Origin: a virus
Taxonomy: Duplodnaviria > Caudoviricetes
IMG/VR virus record: IMGVR_UViG_3300022309_000005
Span: 8,806 to 72,805 of that record
DNA: 64,000 nt
Direction: 5' to 3' (one strand)
Below are positions 53,502 to 62,919 of this stretch, piece by piece. The stretch's first letter is position 1. Each line of letters begins with the position of its first letter. The notes below the pieces were generated by a model. It saw only the letters and a program-made list of their open reading frames with translations. It searched no databases and was not told the DNA's origin. The translations under genes were made by a program, and so were the position numbers.

Positions 53502-54611
53502 CTACTCCGCCTCGAGCAGGGCCGTCAACGTGTCCTCGACGGTAGCCCGCCTGGCCGGCACCGGAGGGGCGCCGGGGTGCGTCTTGATGCTGCTTGACGC
53601 CTGGATGGCCGCTTGCGTGGAGGCGATGTTCACCTTCGCGACTTCCGCGGCCTTCCGCTGCTCGATGATGGCCCGGATCTCCGGGTTCATCGCAACGGCC
53701 TGATCGTAGGCGGTTTCGAGGTCCGGCGCAAGCCCGGACTGGATGAGGAGCCCCATCTTCTCGCGCACGTCCGAGAAGAACGGGCGATCCCTGCCGAACG
53801 CCTCGACCGCATCCGCAGCGCGTTCCTGTTCGCGCCGCGCGCTCGACGTGGCCGCCGTGGCGATCTGTTGCTGGAGGGTGGCAATCTGCTGGAGGGCCTG
53901 ATCGAGCCGCGGGTCCGAGCGGGGCTGGGGATTGCCGTCTGCCCCGCCGAGCCCGAGCGCGTCGTTGATGGCCTCCAGGTCGATCCGGTTGCGCTTGATG
54001 AGCGTCGCCACGGCCTCCGGCGCCCTGGGGCTCTGGAGCGTCGCGGCGAACTGCAAGAGGCTCTGGATCGCCGGGAGGGGTTCGGCGCCCATCGCGCGCA
54101 GCATCGGCTCGTAGGGCCGGATGGCGCCCTCGATCTCCTCCCGCCACCGCTTGTTTTCGATGGCCCTGGTCATGGCCGTCGAGACGTTGCGCTCCCGCCG
54201 GTCGATCTCCTGCTGCGCCCAGTCCGGGAGCTCGCCGAACCGCTCGCGCATCGCCGGCCCCCACGCCTGGGGAGCGCGGATCTTCGGGGCGGTCTTCGCC
54301 GGGTCCGCGGCCACCTCGGGCGGCTTCTCGCCGGGCGCCGGGGGCTCGACCTTCGCCTCGGGCTTGGGCTTCTCGGCCTTGGCGTCTCCAGCCGCCTTCG
54401 CCGCCGGCTCCGGGGCCTTCGCGAAGCGCCCGGCGTCGTCGCGTGGCTTCTCGGCCTTCGCCGGCTCCGAAGCGGCCGGCGCCGTCTCCACCGGGGCCTC
54501 GGGGGCGGCCGGAACCGCCGCCGGGGTGGCCGCCTGTGGTGGGGCCGGAGCCGGGCTGGCCTCGCTCACCGCCGCGTCGTACGCCTCGCCAATCGCTTGA
54601 TCCAGGTCCAT
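53502..54611 (-). CDS. Scaffolding protein (B)
   Basis: Homolog of 17170-18279. Confidence 0.82.
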   Translation of the reverse strand: MDLDQAIGEAYDAAVSEASPAPAPPQAATPAAVPAAPEAPVETAPAASEPAKAEKPRDDAGRFAKAPEPAAKAAGDAKAEKPKPEAKVEPPAPGEKPPEVAADPAKTAPKIRAPQAWGPAMRERFGELPDWAQQEIDRRERNVSTAMTRAIENKRWREEIEGAIRPYEPMLRAMGAEPLPAIQSLLQFAATLQSPRAPEAVATLIKRNRIDLEAINDALGLGGADGNPQPRSDPRLDQALQQIATLQQQIATAATSSARREQERAADAVEAFGRDRPFFSDVREKMGLLIQSGLAPDLETAYDQAVAMNPEIRAIIEQRKAAEVAKVNIASTQAAIQASSSIKTHPGAPPVPARRATVEDTLTALLEAE

Positions 54612-54635
54612 GGCTCCCTCGGGTGTGTCGCGGGC

Positions 54636-55073
54636 CTACCGCCCGCGGTCCTGCTCGTGCATGGCGCGGCCGATGGTCTCCTCGAGCCGCCGTGTCCCGT
54701 CGCCCCCGCCGCTCAGGAAGCGGGCGCGGTCCTGCTCCGCCCTGGCCCAGACCCCGGCGTAGTCGCTGGCGTCCGCGAGCCCGTTCTGCCGCATGTAGTC
54801 CCGCCGCTTCCGCCGCGAGCCGATGTCCGTCCCGTCCGTGGCCCGCGTCCCGTCCATGTAGAGGTCGGTCACCACCGCCACCCGGCCGAACGTGTCCGCG
54901 GCCTCGGGCGCCCGGTACTCGGACGCCGGGACGAGCGCGCGCCGTTCGCGGTCCCAGATCCACCGCCCACGTTGCGGCTTCGACTCGCCGAAGACCGCCT
55001 CATGCTGCGCTCGGAATCCGTCCGTCACCTCGTACCGCTGCGCGCTCCGGCCCTTGTGGCTGCGCTCGCTCAT
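54636..55073 (-). CDS. Conserved head-module protein (B)
   Basis: Homolog of 18304-18741. Confidence 0.75.
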   Translation of the reverse strand: MSERSHKGRSAQRYEVTDGFRAQHEAVFGESKPQRGRWIWDRERRALVPASEYRAPEAADTFGRVAVVTDLYMDGTRATDGTDIGSRRKRRDYMRQNGLADASDYAGVWARAEQDRARFLSGGGDGTRRLEETIGRAMHEQDRGR

Positions 55074-55381
55074 CGCCGCTTGCCCTTCTTCTTCGTCTCC
55101 TCGACGGGCTCGTAGGCCGCCTCGAAGAGATCCGCTTCCATCGTGAAGAGTCCGCCCGGGCCCTTGATGAGGTAGCATCCAGGACGAACTCGCAAGAAGC
55201 TGCGATCCGGCATCCCGACCATGAAGTCGCCCGGGCTCCTCGGCGACAGCGCGCCCTCGTTCTCCATCTGGGCGCCGAAGCCGCCGAGCCGAGCGAAGTC
55301 CCGCAGGGACTCCGCCATCAAACCTTCGTCCGATGGGGCCAAAACCGCCTCTACCAGAACCGGCTTCTTCTTGTAGAACAT
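55070..55381 (-). CDS. Divergent PGDW-type protein in the post-portal variable slot
   Basis: YKKKPVLVEAV...PGCYLIKGPGG...DLFEAAYEP resembles 40584-40850. Confidence 0.72.
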   Translation of the reverse strand: MFYKKKPVLVEAVLAPSDEGLMAESLRDFARLGGFGAQMENEGALSPRSPGDFMVGMPDRSFLRVRPGCYLIKGPGGLFTMEADLFEAAYEPVEETKKKGKRR

Positions 55382-55393
55382 CGTCTCGACCTC

Positions 55394-57412
55394 CTAGATG
55401 TTCGGCTCGCCCATTCGGCGCGCGGCCTGCTGGAGCAGCAGCTTGCGCGCCGTCTCGTCCACGTTCGCGTCTGCCTGGTTCTTCTCGATCTGCGCCTTGG
55501 CCTGCACCTCTGCCTGTTGTCCGATGATGTTGGCCTTCAGCTTGAATTGCTCCTTGGCGATCTCCTGCTGGCCCTTCAACTGCTGGGTCTGGAGCTTCAT
55601 CACGTCGGCGCCGGACTGCCCGCCCTGCGCGCCGAGCTGAGGCCCCGCTTGCTTCGCCGCTTCGATGGCCCGGTCGAGCACCGCCTCGATGTCCGAGCCC
55701 CCGCGCACGCCGGCCACCACCCACTGGAGCAGTTCGAGCACCTCGGGGAGCGCCTGCGGCATCGCCTGGATCAACGGCATCACGGCTGCGATGAACTGGG
55801 AGATGGCCGCGGCAACCTCGGTGCGCTCGTTCTTCAGCGCGTCGAAGTCCGTCATCGCCAGCGACTCGGGCTGGATCTGGATCCGGTACTCCTGGCCGCG
55901 CTGGCGGAGCAGCTCTAGCGCCTGGGGCGCAAGCTGCGCGTCCGGTGTGCGCATGACGTTGGAGCGCTCCAGGAGCGTCGCGTCCTCGAAGCGCCGCGCC
56001 ATCACCCGCGCCCGGAGCGTCTGCACTTCCGAGGCGAACTGGGCGAAGCGCTGCTGCCTCCACTGGAGCCGCACCGAGCCGAAGCGGGCCATGATGCGAT
56101 CCTGCGTCGCGGTCCGCCCAGGCTCCGCCGCCTGGCCGCGCATCACGTCCGACATCCCGGTGATCTGCCGGAGCGCGTTGAGCTGCTCCATCCGGTACTC
56201 GCGCAGTGTCATCAAGGCCGAGACGATCTGATCCAGCGGCATCCAATCCACGGAGCCCTTGAGCCCGCCATGCGTCGCCAGGGCGGCGAAGTTGGTCACC
56301 GGGATCATCTTGTTTTCGGACGAGTCGGTGAGCAATCCTTGAAGTGTCGGGTTGGAGGCGTCATAGATGCCCACCACCCGCAGCGCGCGCTCCAGCCTGC
56401 CGATCCGCGTCGAGAGGTCGTTGATCTCCTTGTAGATGTCCTGGGCAACGCAGTAGTCCGGTTTCGGCACGTACTTGACGGTGACCGCGTTGAGGCACAT
56501 CGGCGCCGGGCACGGGAAGAAGCCGGGAAGCTCTAGCGGATCCGCCTGCCCACCGGACGGGTTGAGCTTGACGCCCTTGGGTGCAAGCACCTGGTCAGCG
56601 CCCTCGACGTACCAGAACACCTCGCGCGTGTCCCGCATCCAGACTTCCCACAGGCGAACGTGGTCCCACGGCCCGGCCGCCTCCATGGCGCGTCCGTCCG
56701 TCTGGCCGGGCTGGCTCTCCTTGCCGGCGACGGGCAGGCGCTCTACCACCTCGGCGCCGAACCTGCGCTGCATCTCCGGGATGGGCACGTCCACGCCGAA
56801 CGCCACCCAGCGCACCTCGGACCAGACGCGCGCCGGGCTCCAGAGGACGTCGCCGTGGTGGACGTAGTCCGTCTCGACGCGCTCGTTCGGCCGGCGGTAC
56901 TCGCCGGGCACCGCCGGCGCTAGTTCTGCTCCGGTGACCGGGTCGAGCTTCGCCGCCACGCCCTGGAGCTGGACCATCTCGCCGATGTCGTAGCGGATGC
57001 GGACCAGCCCGAAGTCCACAAGGAGCGAGTCCTCGAGCGCGCTCTGGAGTGCGGCCCTGAACGTGTCATCGTCGCCCTGGATGTCGGCGTTCAGGATCCG
57101 CTCGAGCATCTCGCCGGACACCCGGGCGGCGTCGTCGGACGGGTCCGCGAAACGGCGAGAGACGGACACGCTCGGGTCCGAGCCGAACATCATTGCCCGC
57201 AGGGTCTGAATGTCCGACGTGAAGACGTTCCAGTGGACGAGCGTCCTCGGCGACTCGCGCCCCTCGTCGAGGTACGCCTTGATGGCGGCCTCGGCGTCCT
57301 TCCTCCAGCCCTCCAGGGCCTTGCGCGCGGCATCGAACTCGCGACCGATGCGGCCGGCCCACCCGCGCGGATCGTCCTGGTACTGCGTCTCGGCGTTGGA
57401 CGTGTCACCCAT
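55394..57412 (-). CDS. Portal protein (B)
   Basis: Homolog of 19017-21035. Confidence 0.9.
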   Translation of the reverse strand: MGDTSNAETQYQDDPRGWAGRIGREFDAARKALEGWRKDAEAAIKAYLDEGRESPRTLVHWNVFTSDIQTLRAMMFGSDPSVSVSRRFADPSDDAARVSGEMLERILNADIQGDDDTFRAALQSALEDSLLVDFGLVRIRYDIGEMVQLQGVAAKLDPVTGAELAPAVPGEYRRPNERVETDYVHHGDVLWSPARVWSEVRWVAFGVDVPIPEMQRRFGAEVVERLPVAGKESQPGQTDGRAMEAAGPWDHVRLWEVWMRDTREVFWYVEGADQVLAPKGVKLNPSGGQADPLELPGFFPCPAPMCLNAVTVKYVPKPDYCVAQDIYKEINDLSTRIGRLERALRVVGIYDASNPTLQGLLTDSSENKMIPVTNFAALATHGGLKGSVDWMPLDQIVSALMTLREYRMEQLNALRQITGMSDVMRGQAAEPGRTATQDRIMARFGSVRLQWRQQRFAQFASEVQTLRARVMARRFEDATLLERSNVMRTPDAQLAPQALELLRQRGQEYRIQIQPESLAMTDFDALKNERTEVAAAISQFIAAVMPLIQAMPQALPEVLELLQWVVAGVRGGSDIEAVLDRAIEAAKQAGPQLGAQGGQSGADVMKLQTQQLKGQQEIAKEQFKLKANIIGQQAEVQAKAQIEKNQADANVDETARKLLLQQAARRMGEPNI

Positions 57413-58847
57413 GGCTGAGCCTCTCGTAATGGGCCTGGAAGAGGGCCTCGATGGAGTTCGGCGGCGGCCTCTGCTCGACCGGAGGCTTGGCGAGCGCGAA
57501 ACTCATCGGGCGCGCGGAGCAGGCGAGGTAGCGGAACGAGTCGGCGGTGTGGCTGGCCCAGTCGTGCACGGGCGTCTTCTTGTACACCTTCCGCTCTTCG
57601 TCCCACTGGTAGCGGTACGCGCCCAGCCTCCGGAGGCCCTCGGCGCAACGCGAGTGGACGCGGATCGGCTGCTCGAGGAGCCAGCGCACGGCCCCGATGC
57701 CGTCCGCAAGAGACAGTTCCGGGGCGATGGTGACTCGGCCCGGGTACTCGGCCGAGAAGAGTTCCACCGTCGAGATCCCTGTCTGGAGGCTGTGCGCGCG
57801 GGCGTCGTGCGGCAGGATGATCCGGGCGTACTTGTAGCCGCGCTCCTTCAGGATGGCGAGCCCGCCCTTCCGTGGAGCACCGTCCACTACCCGGTCCTCG
57901 GACAGCCCGATCCCGCTGTACTCGTCCCAGTCGATGATGACGGGCAAGCCGGCGTCGTCGAGCCGGAAGAACCACATCGCGGTCCCGTCGCTGTAGCCGA
58001 GGTCGAAGACCACGAAGACGCCATCCCGCGGGTGTGCGAAGTCCCCGACTCCGCCGCGAGTTTTGAGCGCCTCCAGCAGCTCGCCGTAGACGCTGCCCTT
58101 GTCGGCGCGCGGGTACTTGCCTTCAAGGTACTCCGCGATCCACTCTTTGTCCTTGCCGGCCATGATGCGCCGGTAGTAGCCGTCCGGCAGGTTCGCGACG
58201 TTCTCCGCATCGGGGCCGAGCCCAGAGGGCTGCTCGAATAGCTCGTGGCCCTCGGGGCGCGTCACCGAGAACAGCTCGTAGCCCCAATGTGAGGTGGCCC
58301 ACGGGTTGGTGTCCAGCCACATGCCGGACCACGTCGGGCCGCCGTCACGCTTCGCCGGGAAGCGGCCCACGCGGTGCTGCATCCCGTCAAACACCTCGTG
58401 AGCGATCTCCCGGCCCTCATTCAGGTAGGCGCCGGTCAACTCCAGGGACAGGAGCTTCTTGACGTCCCCGGGCCGGTCGAGCGCGCGGAAAAGTATCTCC
58501 GCCTCGATGCTCGTCCCGTCGCCGCATGGCTTGTTGATCCCAAAGGCAAAGCTCGTCTCGTTCCATCGTCCGAGCGCTCCAAGCCACTGCTCGAACGTCT
58601 TTCGCGTCGTGTCGCTCAGTTCCCGGTAGGTGTTGCGTACCACCGCCCAGCGCGTGCGACGCTTTCCCTGCGCGTTCGGGGCCTGGGCCGCGGCGCGCCG
58701 GAGAATCTCCATCACGCACGCGCTCGACTTGCCGGAGCCCACCGGCCCCACGCAGGCCCGGACGAAGGCGTCCGACTGCATGAAGCGCCACATCGTGGGC
58801 GGGGCGGCGTAGTCGATCAGCATGGCGAGGAGGACGAGGAGCCGCAT
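57405..58847 (-). CDS. terL: Terminase large subunit (B)
   Basis: Homolog of 21028-22467. Confidence 0.95.
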   Translation of the reverse strand: MRLLVLLAMLIDYAAPPTMWRFMQSDAFVRACVGPVGSGKSSACVMEILRRAAAQAPNAQGKRRTRWAVVRNTYRELSDTTRKTFEQWLGALGRWNETSFAFGINKPCGDGTSIEAEILFRALDRPGDVKKLLSLELTGAYLNEGREIAHEVFDGMQHRVGRFPAKRDGGPTWSGMWLDTNPWATSHWGYELFSVTRPEGHELFEQPSGLGPDAENVANLPDGYYRRIMAGKDKEWIAEYLEGKYPRADKGSVYGELLEALKTRGGVGDFAHPRDGVFVVFDLGYSDGTAMWFFRLDDAGLPVIIDWDEYSGIGLSEDRVVDGAPRKGGLAILKERGYKYARIILPHDARAHSLQTGISTVELFSAEYPGRVTIAPELSLADGIGAVRWLLEQPIRVHSRCAEGLRRLGAYRYQWDEERKVYKKTPVHDWASHTADSFRYLACSARPMSFALAKPPVEQRPPPNSIEALFQAHYERLSHG

Positions 58848-59077
58848 CAGGTCGCGCGCCCACCCATCGGCGCCCTCGCCTCGGCCATCTCCTCGGCGCG
58901 CTCCTCGCCGGGCCGCTCCATCTCGCCGGAGCAGTACGGGCAGCGCTCGCCACAAGCCTCGCACTTGGGCTCCATCTCGGCGCCGCCCTCGCCTCCCGCC
59001 ATCGGGCCAGGGTTGGGCTTCGAGGTGAGGGCCTGGGCCAGCATCTTGCGCTTCATGTCGGGGCTGTCGTAGGGCAT
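58847..59077 (-). CDS. Small CxxC-CxxC protein (B)
   Basis: Homolog of 22724-22939. Confidence 0.72.
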   Translation of the reverse strand: MPYDSPDMKRKMLAQALTSKPNPGPMAGGEGGAEMEPKCEACGERCPYCSGEMERPGEERAEEMAEARAPMGGRAT

Positions 59078-59319
59078 CACGTCTCCTTGGGTGTCGCGGT
59101 GTTCGTCTCCGGCTTCGGCGCGCACCTCTTGACCGCCTGCGCCGCGTTCCAGAGCAGGTCGCCGAACTGGACCTGTTCCGGCGTCAGGCCGGCCACCTCG
59201 GGGTACGCGAGCGCGATCCGTTGCTGCATCACCCACGCGTCGAAGGTGCGCGCGTACTCCACCGGAGCCTTGCCATTCTCGCGGACGACGATGGAGACGG
59301 TGACCGCGTCGGTGCTCAT
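59077..59319 (-). CDS. Hypothetical protein (variable slot)
   Basis: Ends APKPETNTATPKET like 22936-23100. Confidence 0.65.
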   Translation of the reverse strand: MSTDAVTVSIVVRENGKAPVEYARTFDAWVMQQRIALAYPEVAGLTPEQVQFGDLLWNAAQAVKRCAPKPETNTATPKET

Positions 59320-59477
59320 GGCTTCGTCTCCGGCTCCGACTTCAACATCCTGCGCCACTGTTCGTACTGCTGGGCGGGCATGCGGACCACGACTGGACGG
59401 GCACGCTCGCGATCGAGCGCGCGCAGCACCTCGGCAGACGCGTCCTGGATCCGCTTGCGGGCGTCTTGATCGCTCAT
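59316..59477 (-). CDS. Hypothetical protein (variable slot)
   Basis: ATGA coupling; ends SEPETKP. Confidence 0.6.
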   Translation of the reverse strand: MSDQDARKRIQDASAEVLRALDRERARPVVVRMPAQQYEQWRRMLKSEPETKP

Positions 59478-59695
59478 GTCTTCAGCTCCTCCGGCGCCGC
59501 ATCGGTGAACCATCCGGCCCATGGTGAGACGCCGAAGGCCCACCACCCACGCCCGACCCATTTCTGAAGCAGACCGGTCGCGCGCTTCTCGGGCATGCCG
59601 GACCACTCAACCTCCTGCGCCACAACGCCAGTACCGAGGGCGGGGCCATGCCGGCGCAGCGCGGAGTAGAGCGCGATCTCGTCCGGCTTCCTCAT
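59474..59695 (-). CDS. Hypothetical protein (variable slot)
   Basis: KWVGRGWWAFGVSPWAGW; coupled to terS. Confidence 0.65.
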   Translation of the reverse strand: MRKPDEIALYSALRRHGPALGTGVVAQEVEWSGMPEKRATGLLQKWVGRGWWAFGVSPWAGWFTDAAPEELKT

Positions 59696-60030
59696 GGCTT
59701 CGTCTCGCCCTCCCGCCGGATGACGACGGTCAACGCCCCGCCGTCCGCGCCCGCGTGCTCGAGCGGCTGGGTGGGCTTGCCCCAGCCCCGATCCAGGAGC
59801 GCCGACGCGGCCGAAACGCGCGCCGATGGCTGGGCCTCTTCGTTCTGGGCGATCTCGACCAGGGTGCGGATGGCGACCTCGGTGTGTTCCCGCGCGAGCT
59901 CGCGGACGGGGCCGGCAGTCTTTGGCCGCCCGCTTGGGTTGCCGCTTTGGCCGGGCTGGAACGGCCGGCCAACGGGCATCTTCCGTGCGGCTGATTCGTC
60001 GCTGTTAGCTGGCGTCGGGTTGTCCGCCAT
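59692..60030 (-). CDS. terS: Terminase small subunit (B)
   Basis: Identical to 23097-23432 except the C-terminal end. Confidence 0.85.
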   Translation of the reverse strand: MADNPTPANSDESAARKMPVGRPFQPGQSGNPSGRPKTAGPVRELAREHTEVAIRTLVEIAQNEEAQPSARVSAASALLDRGWGKPTQPLEHAGADGGALTVVIRREGETKP

Positions 60031-60422
60031 TGGGCTACCATGCATGACCATGCCCTACGTGTCAAGCCCGGCGCTGCCCGAGCCTCGGCGGCGTGGGCTT
60101 CTCGCCGCCCCCGCCGATGATCCGGCCGGTGTTCGTCTCGACGGCCACGGCGCGGTCATCGTAGATGCGGGCGAACCTCGGGTGCTTGATGTTCGTGGCC
60201 TCCAGCTCGATGCCCAGGTGGAGCTTCGTCCAGGCCCGGATCGCGCGCACCGCCGCTGGAGTGTTGGCCCTGGCGCTGAAGATGACCACCTCGATCCCGT
60301 CGTCGAGCCAGCCCTTCACGCGCTCCAGCATCAACGGGATGGGGTCGCCGATGATGGTTGGGCCTCGGAATCCCGTGTACTTGGCGAACGTCCCGTCGAG
60401 GTCGAGCGCATAGGTGGGCATG
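59738..60422. repeat. 685-bp perfect direct repeat, copy 2
   Basis: Identical to 23140-23824 at offset 36598. Confidence 0.88.
60062..60421 (-). CDS. HAD phosphatase (second copy)
   Basis: Identical to 23464-23823. Confidence 0.82.
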   Translation of the reverse strand: MPTYALDLDGTFAKYTGFRGPTIIGDPIPLMLERVKGWLDDGIEVVIFSARANTPAAVRAIRAWTKLHLGIELEATNIKHPRFARIYDDRAVAVETNTGRIIGGGGEKPTPPRLGQRRA

Positions 60423-60469
60423 AGTGGCATATACCACCGTAGAGGCCGGCCGAAAAGCGCGCACGGCAC

Positions 60470-60498
60470 TTGACACCGATTCTTAATCCGTGTATGGT
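60470..60498 (+). promoter_or_regulatory. Strong early promoter TTGACA-N17-TATGGT (A)
   Basis: Same as 23873-23901. Confidence 0.85.
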
Positions 60499-60546
60499 GC
60501 CTTTCGTGGGGCGGCACTGGGGCCGCCCGGGATGGAGCGGAGCGAG

Positions 60547-60804
60547 ATGACCTGCAACGTGACCTACGACGCGGCGACCGGAAGCGCGAAAGTAGCGGTG
60601 ACTGCGGCCGAGCTGGAGCGCATGGGGCGCATGTACTTTGGCCCAGCAACACAGATCCATTGGTCGGCAGAGGATGCATGCATTTGGCACGCGTTCCTGC
60701 GCGGAGGCAAGGCTGGCGACCGGATTCACGTCTCCGTGGTGAAGGCCGAGAGCGGCGACGTGATCATGTCGTTCGATACCGAGTTGAGGCAGCCCAACAA
60801 CTAG
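60547..60804 (+). CDS. Early cassette ORF, slot 1 (A)
   Basis: GGAG SD; unrelated to 23949-24167. Confidence 0.7.
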   Translation: MTCNVTYDAATGSAKVAVTAAELERMGRMYFGPATQIHWSAEDACIWHAFLRGGKAGDRIHVSVVKAESGDVIMSFDTELRQPNN

Positions 60805-60826
60805 CCCCCGCCGGTCCGCCGGCCCT

Positions 60827-60878
60827 CTCGCCGCCCGAGACGTAGGGGCGCCCGGTTCGAGGCCGGGAGGCGAGTTCA
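60827..60878 (+). ncRNA. tRNA-like element, second copy
   Basis: Stems identical to 24188-24240; the two differences lie in loops. Confidence 0.6.
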
Positions 60879-60896
60879 CGAAGCGAAGCCAGGAGG

Positions 60897-61379
60897 ATGC
60901 GCATGGCGGAGATCACGCGGTACGCACAGAAGGCGGACGGCTCCAGAAACGTGGGCGTGCAGATCGGCGCGGTGTCGGTCCTGTTCCAGCCGTCCGGCCC
61001 CGAGCACGACGCGGACGCTGAGCGCCTCGCCGAGCAGGTTGCGGGCGCGGCTGATCACCTCGCGCAGCTCGGGTTGGATGTGGCCAACAAGAGCGCCAGC
61101 ATCGCGGATCTCCGCCGCCGCGTCGAGGCGTCCGAAGCCCGGCTGAGCGCATCGCTCGACGGCAAGCGGCGCTTCTTCGGTCCCGTCCTGGTGAAGCCGA
61201 ACACGGATGGAGACTGGGGCGGGACGGTGTGGGCGCTCGACCCTGAGAAGCAAGAGGGCGGGCGGGGCATCATGTTCGCGAGCCTGGCGGAGCTGCGCCT
61301 GGAGCACCCGGAGCTGTGGCCCATCGGCGTCATGGACGGCGGGATCCTCATGGACGCCTGGACGATGTTGCCCAAGTAG
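60897..61379 (+). CDS. Early cassette ORF, slot 2 (A)
   Basis: AGGAGG SD; unrelated to 24255-24626. Confidence 0.72.
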   Translation: MRMAEITRYAQKADGSRNVGVQIGAVSVLFQPSGPEHDADAERLAEQVAGAADHLAQLGLDVANKSASIADLRRRVEASEARLSASLDGKRRFFGPVLVKPNTDGDWGGTVWALDPEKQEGGRGIMFASLAELRLEHPELWPIGVMDGGILMDAWTMLPK

Positions 61380-61414
61380 CCCCTCCCCGGCCGCTGACGC
61401 CGGGGCTGACTGAC

Positions 61415-61466
61415 GGGCGGCAACGGGCCGCCCGAGACGCCCCCGGGAGGGGGCAGGGAGCGAGAC
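61415..61466 (+). repeat. Double-hairpin spacer / CRISPR-repeat-like unit, second copy
   Basis: Stems identical to 25311-25363, first loop differs. Confidence 0.5.
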
Positions 61467-61467
61467 G

Positions 61468-61671
61468 ATGCGGTACGAGATCGAATTCATGGACGAAAAG
61501 CAGTTTTGGATCGTCGATTCTGATGAGGAGTTGCGCGTTGGCGACATCATCGAGACCGGACAGCAAGAGCTTCGGGTAGCTGGCCGGAGAGCGCTCGCCA
61601 CGAAGAAGATCGTCGGCTTCAACGAGTACCGAGTTGAAGCTTTCAGGCTGCGCTGCGTGAAGGTGGACTGA
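61468..61671 (+). CDS. Early cassette ORF (67 aa, beta-rich)
   Basis: GGGAG SD; lower-GC codon usage. Confidence 0.7.
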   Translation: MRYEIEFMDEKQFWIVDSDEELRVGDIIETGQQELRVAGRRALATKKIVGFNEYRVEAFRLRCVKVD

Positions 61672-61672
61672 C

Positions 61673-61936
61673 ATGGCCCATTCCGACACTTTGTCGCCAC
61701 ATGGATCTTGGCCGCTCAAGGTTTCTGGAACTGTCTGGCGATCCGATATGCCGGATGATCCGCCGGACAGAATCGAGGAGAACGAAGGCCCGTGCAGCAA
61801 TCCACACGGTCGGACTCCGGACGAGATCTATGCCTTGCTCGTGGCCTGGTACGGACCCACGGCGTGCGCGGACTTCCTCGCCGATGGCGTGATGTTCCGC
61901 TATCGCAACGGGAAGCGCACCGAGGGGGTTTGGTGA
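61673..61936 (+). CDS. Early cassette ORF
   Basis: Adjacent coupling; GTTP-like GRTPDEIY motif. Confidence 0.6.
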   Translation: MAHSDTLSPHGSWPLKVSGTVWRSDMPDDPPDRIEENEGPCSNPHGRTPDEIYALLVAWYGPTACADFLADGVMFRYRNGKRTEGVW

Positions 61937-61938
61937 CT

Positions 61939-62487
61939 ATGACCTCCCCATCCCCAGCGGCCCCGCTGAAGCCCGGAGATCGCGTGCGCCTGCCGAGCGG
62001 GCGTGAGGCGACGCTGCATCACATCCACGTCCCCGGCCCGCCCGATGGGGCTCCTCCTGGGACGACGTTCCCGCGCGCATGGAAGGTCGCCGGCTTCCCG
62101 GAACTCACCTACTACGAGGACGAGCTGACGCTCGTGGAAGCCGCGCCCCCGCAGCCCCCAGTAGAGGGGCCGGGGCTGGCGGAGGCGGCGCGCCAGCTCG
62201 CCAATGCCGTAGTGGCATGGCCAGTCGGCCCGTTTGCGATGCAGACGCCAGAGGGCGAGCGCGTCTGGTGTGCCCTGGGCATCCTTGGCCGCGCCCTCGC
62301 CGCCGAGGAGGCGCGGGCACAGAAGGATCGCGCACTTCGCGAGCGGTGGCGTGATCGGCTCTTGCTGGCGCGCGCAGAGCTGGTCGTGGCAAGCCAGAAG
62401 GAGGCGGTCCGCCGCGCCAGGGGGCGTATTCACGATGTGGTGCGCGAACTGATCGCCGGAATCTCCGAGCTGGGGTCCGCGCCATGA
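61939..62487 (+). CDS. Early protein, C-terminal part homologous to 25365-25835
   Basis: Extra N-terminal LKPGDRVRL beta-domain-like segment. Confidence 0.72.
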   Translation: MTSPSPAAPLKPGDRVRLPSGREATLHHIHVPGPPDGAPPGTTFPRAWKVAGFPELTYYEDELTLVEAAPPQPPVEGPGLAEAARQLANAVVAWPVGPFAMQTPEGERVWCALGILGRALAAEEARAQKDRALRERWRDRLLLARAELVVASQKEAVRRARGRIHDVVRELIAGISELGSAP

Positions 62488-62780
62488 CCGCCCCCCGCCA
62501 GCCCCGCCCCCCGTGCGCCCAGGCGCTCTCAGACGGCCAGGCGTGCGGGCGCCCGGTCCGGTGGGGCACCGTCTGCCCGGCGTGCTACCAGTTCAACCGG
62601 CGGCACGCGAAGGCCGCCGCGGAGGGCCGCGAGCTCGCCACCTACCGCGCCGGCGAGCCGCAGACGACGATCACGATCTCCCTGCCGGAGAGCATGGCCG
62701 CGCGGCTGGACGTCATCGCCGGCAAGCGCGGCCGCAGCGCCCTGCTCCGGCGCTGGATCGATGACCAGCTCGGCCCCTGA
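62484..62780 (+). CDS. Zinc finger plus RHH regulator (A)
   Basis: Homolog of 26448-26744. Confidence 0.75.
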   Translation: MTAPRQPRPPCAQALSDGQACGRPVRWGTVCPACYQFNRRHAKAAAEGRELATYRAGEPQTTITISLPESMAARLDVIAGKRGRSALLRRWIDDQLGP

Positions 62781-62781
62781 T

Positions 62782-62919
62782 CTACCAGTCCCCGTCGTCG
62801 TCCCCGTCGTCCGGCGGGCGCATGCACCACTCCCACGCCCACCCGGCGGCGGCGCGGGCGAGGTAGACGACGGCGACCAGGACGGCGACGGTCAGCGTTG
62901 CGGCGGTTTCGTCGGTCAT
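62782..62919 (-). CDS. Small membrane protein (A)
   Basis: Homolog of 26746-26889. Confidence 0.65.
   Translation of the reverse strand: MTDETAATLTVAVLVAVVYLARAAAGWAWEWCMRPPDDGDDDGDW

Larger units (their letters stand above)
23140..60422. mobile_element. Phage B: one complete genome unit (36,598 bp period) bounded by an identical 685-bp block
   Basis: Contains one full set of early, replication, recombination, structural and lysis genes between the two identical blocks. Confidence 0.7.
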
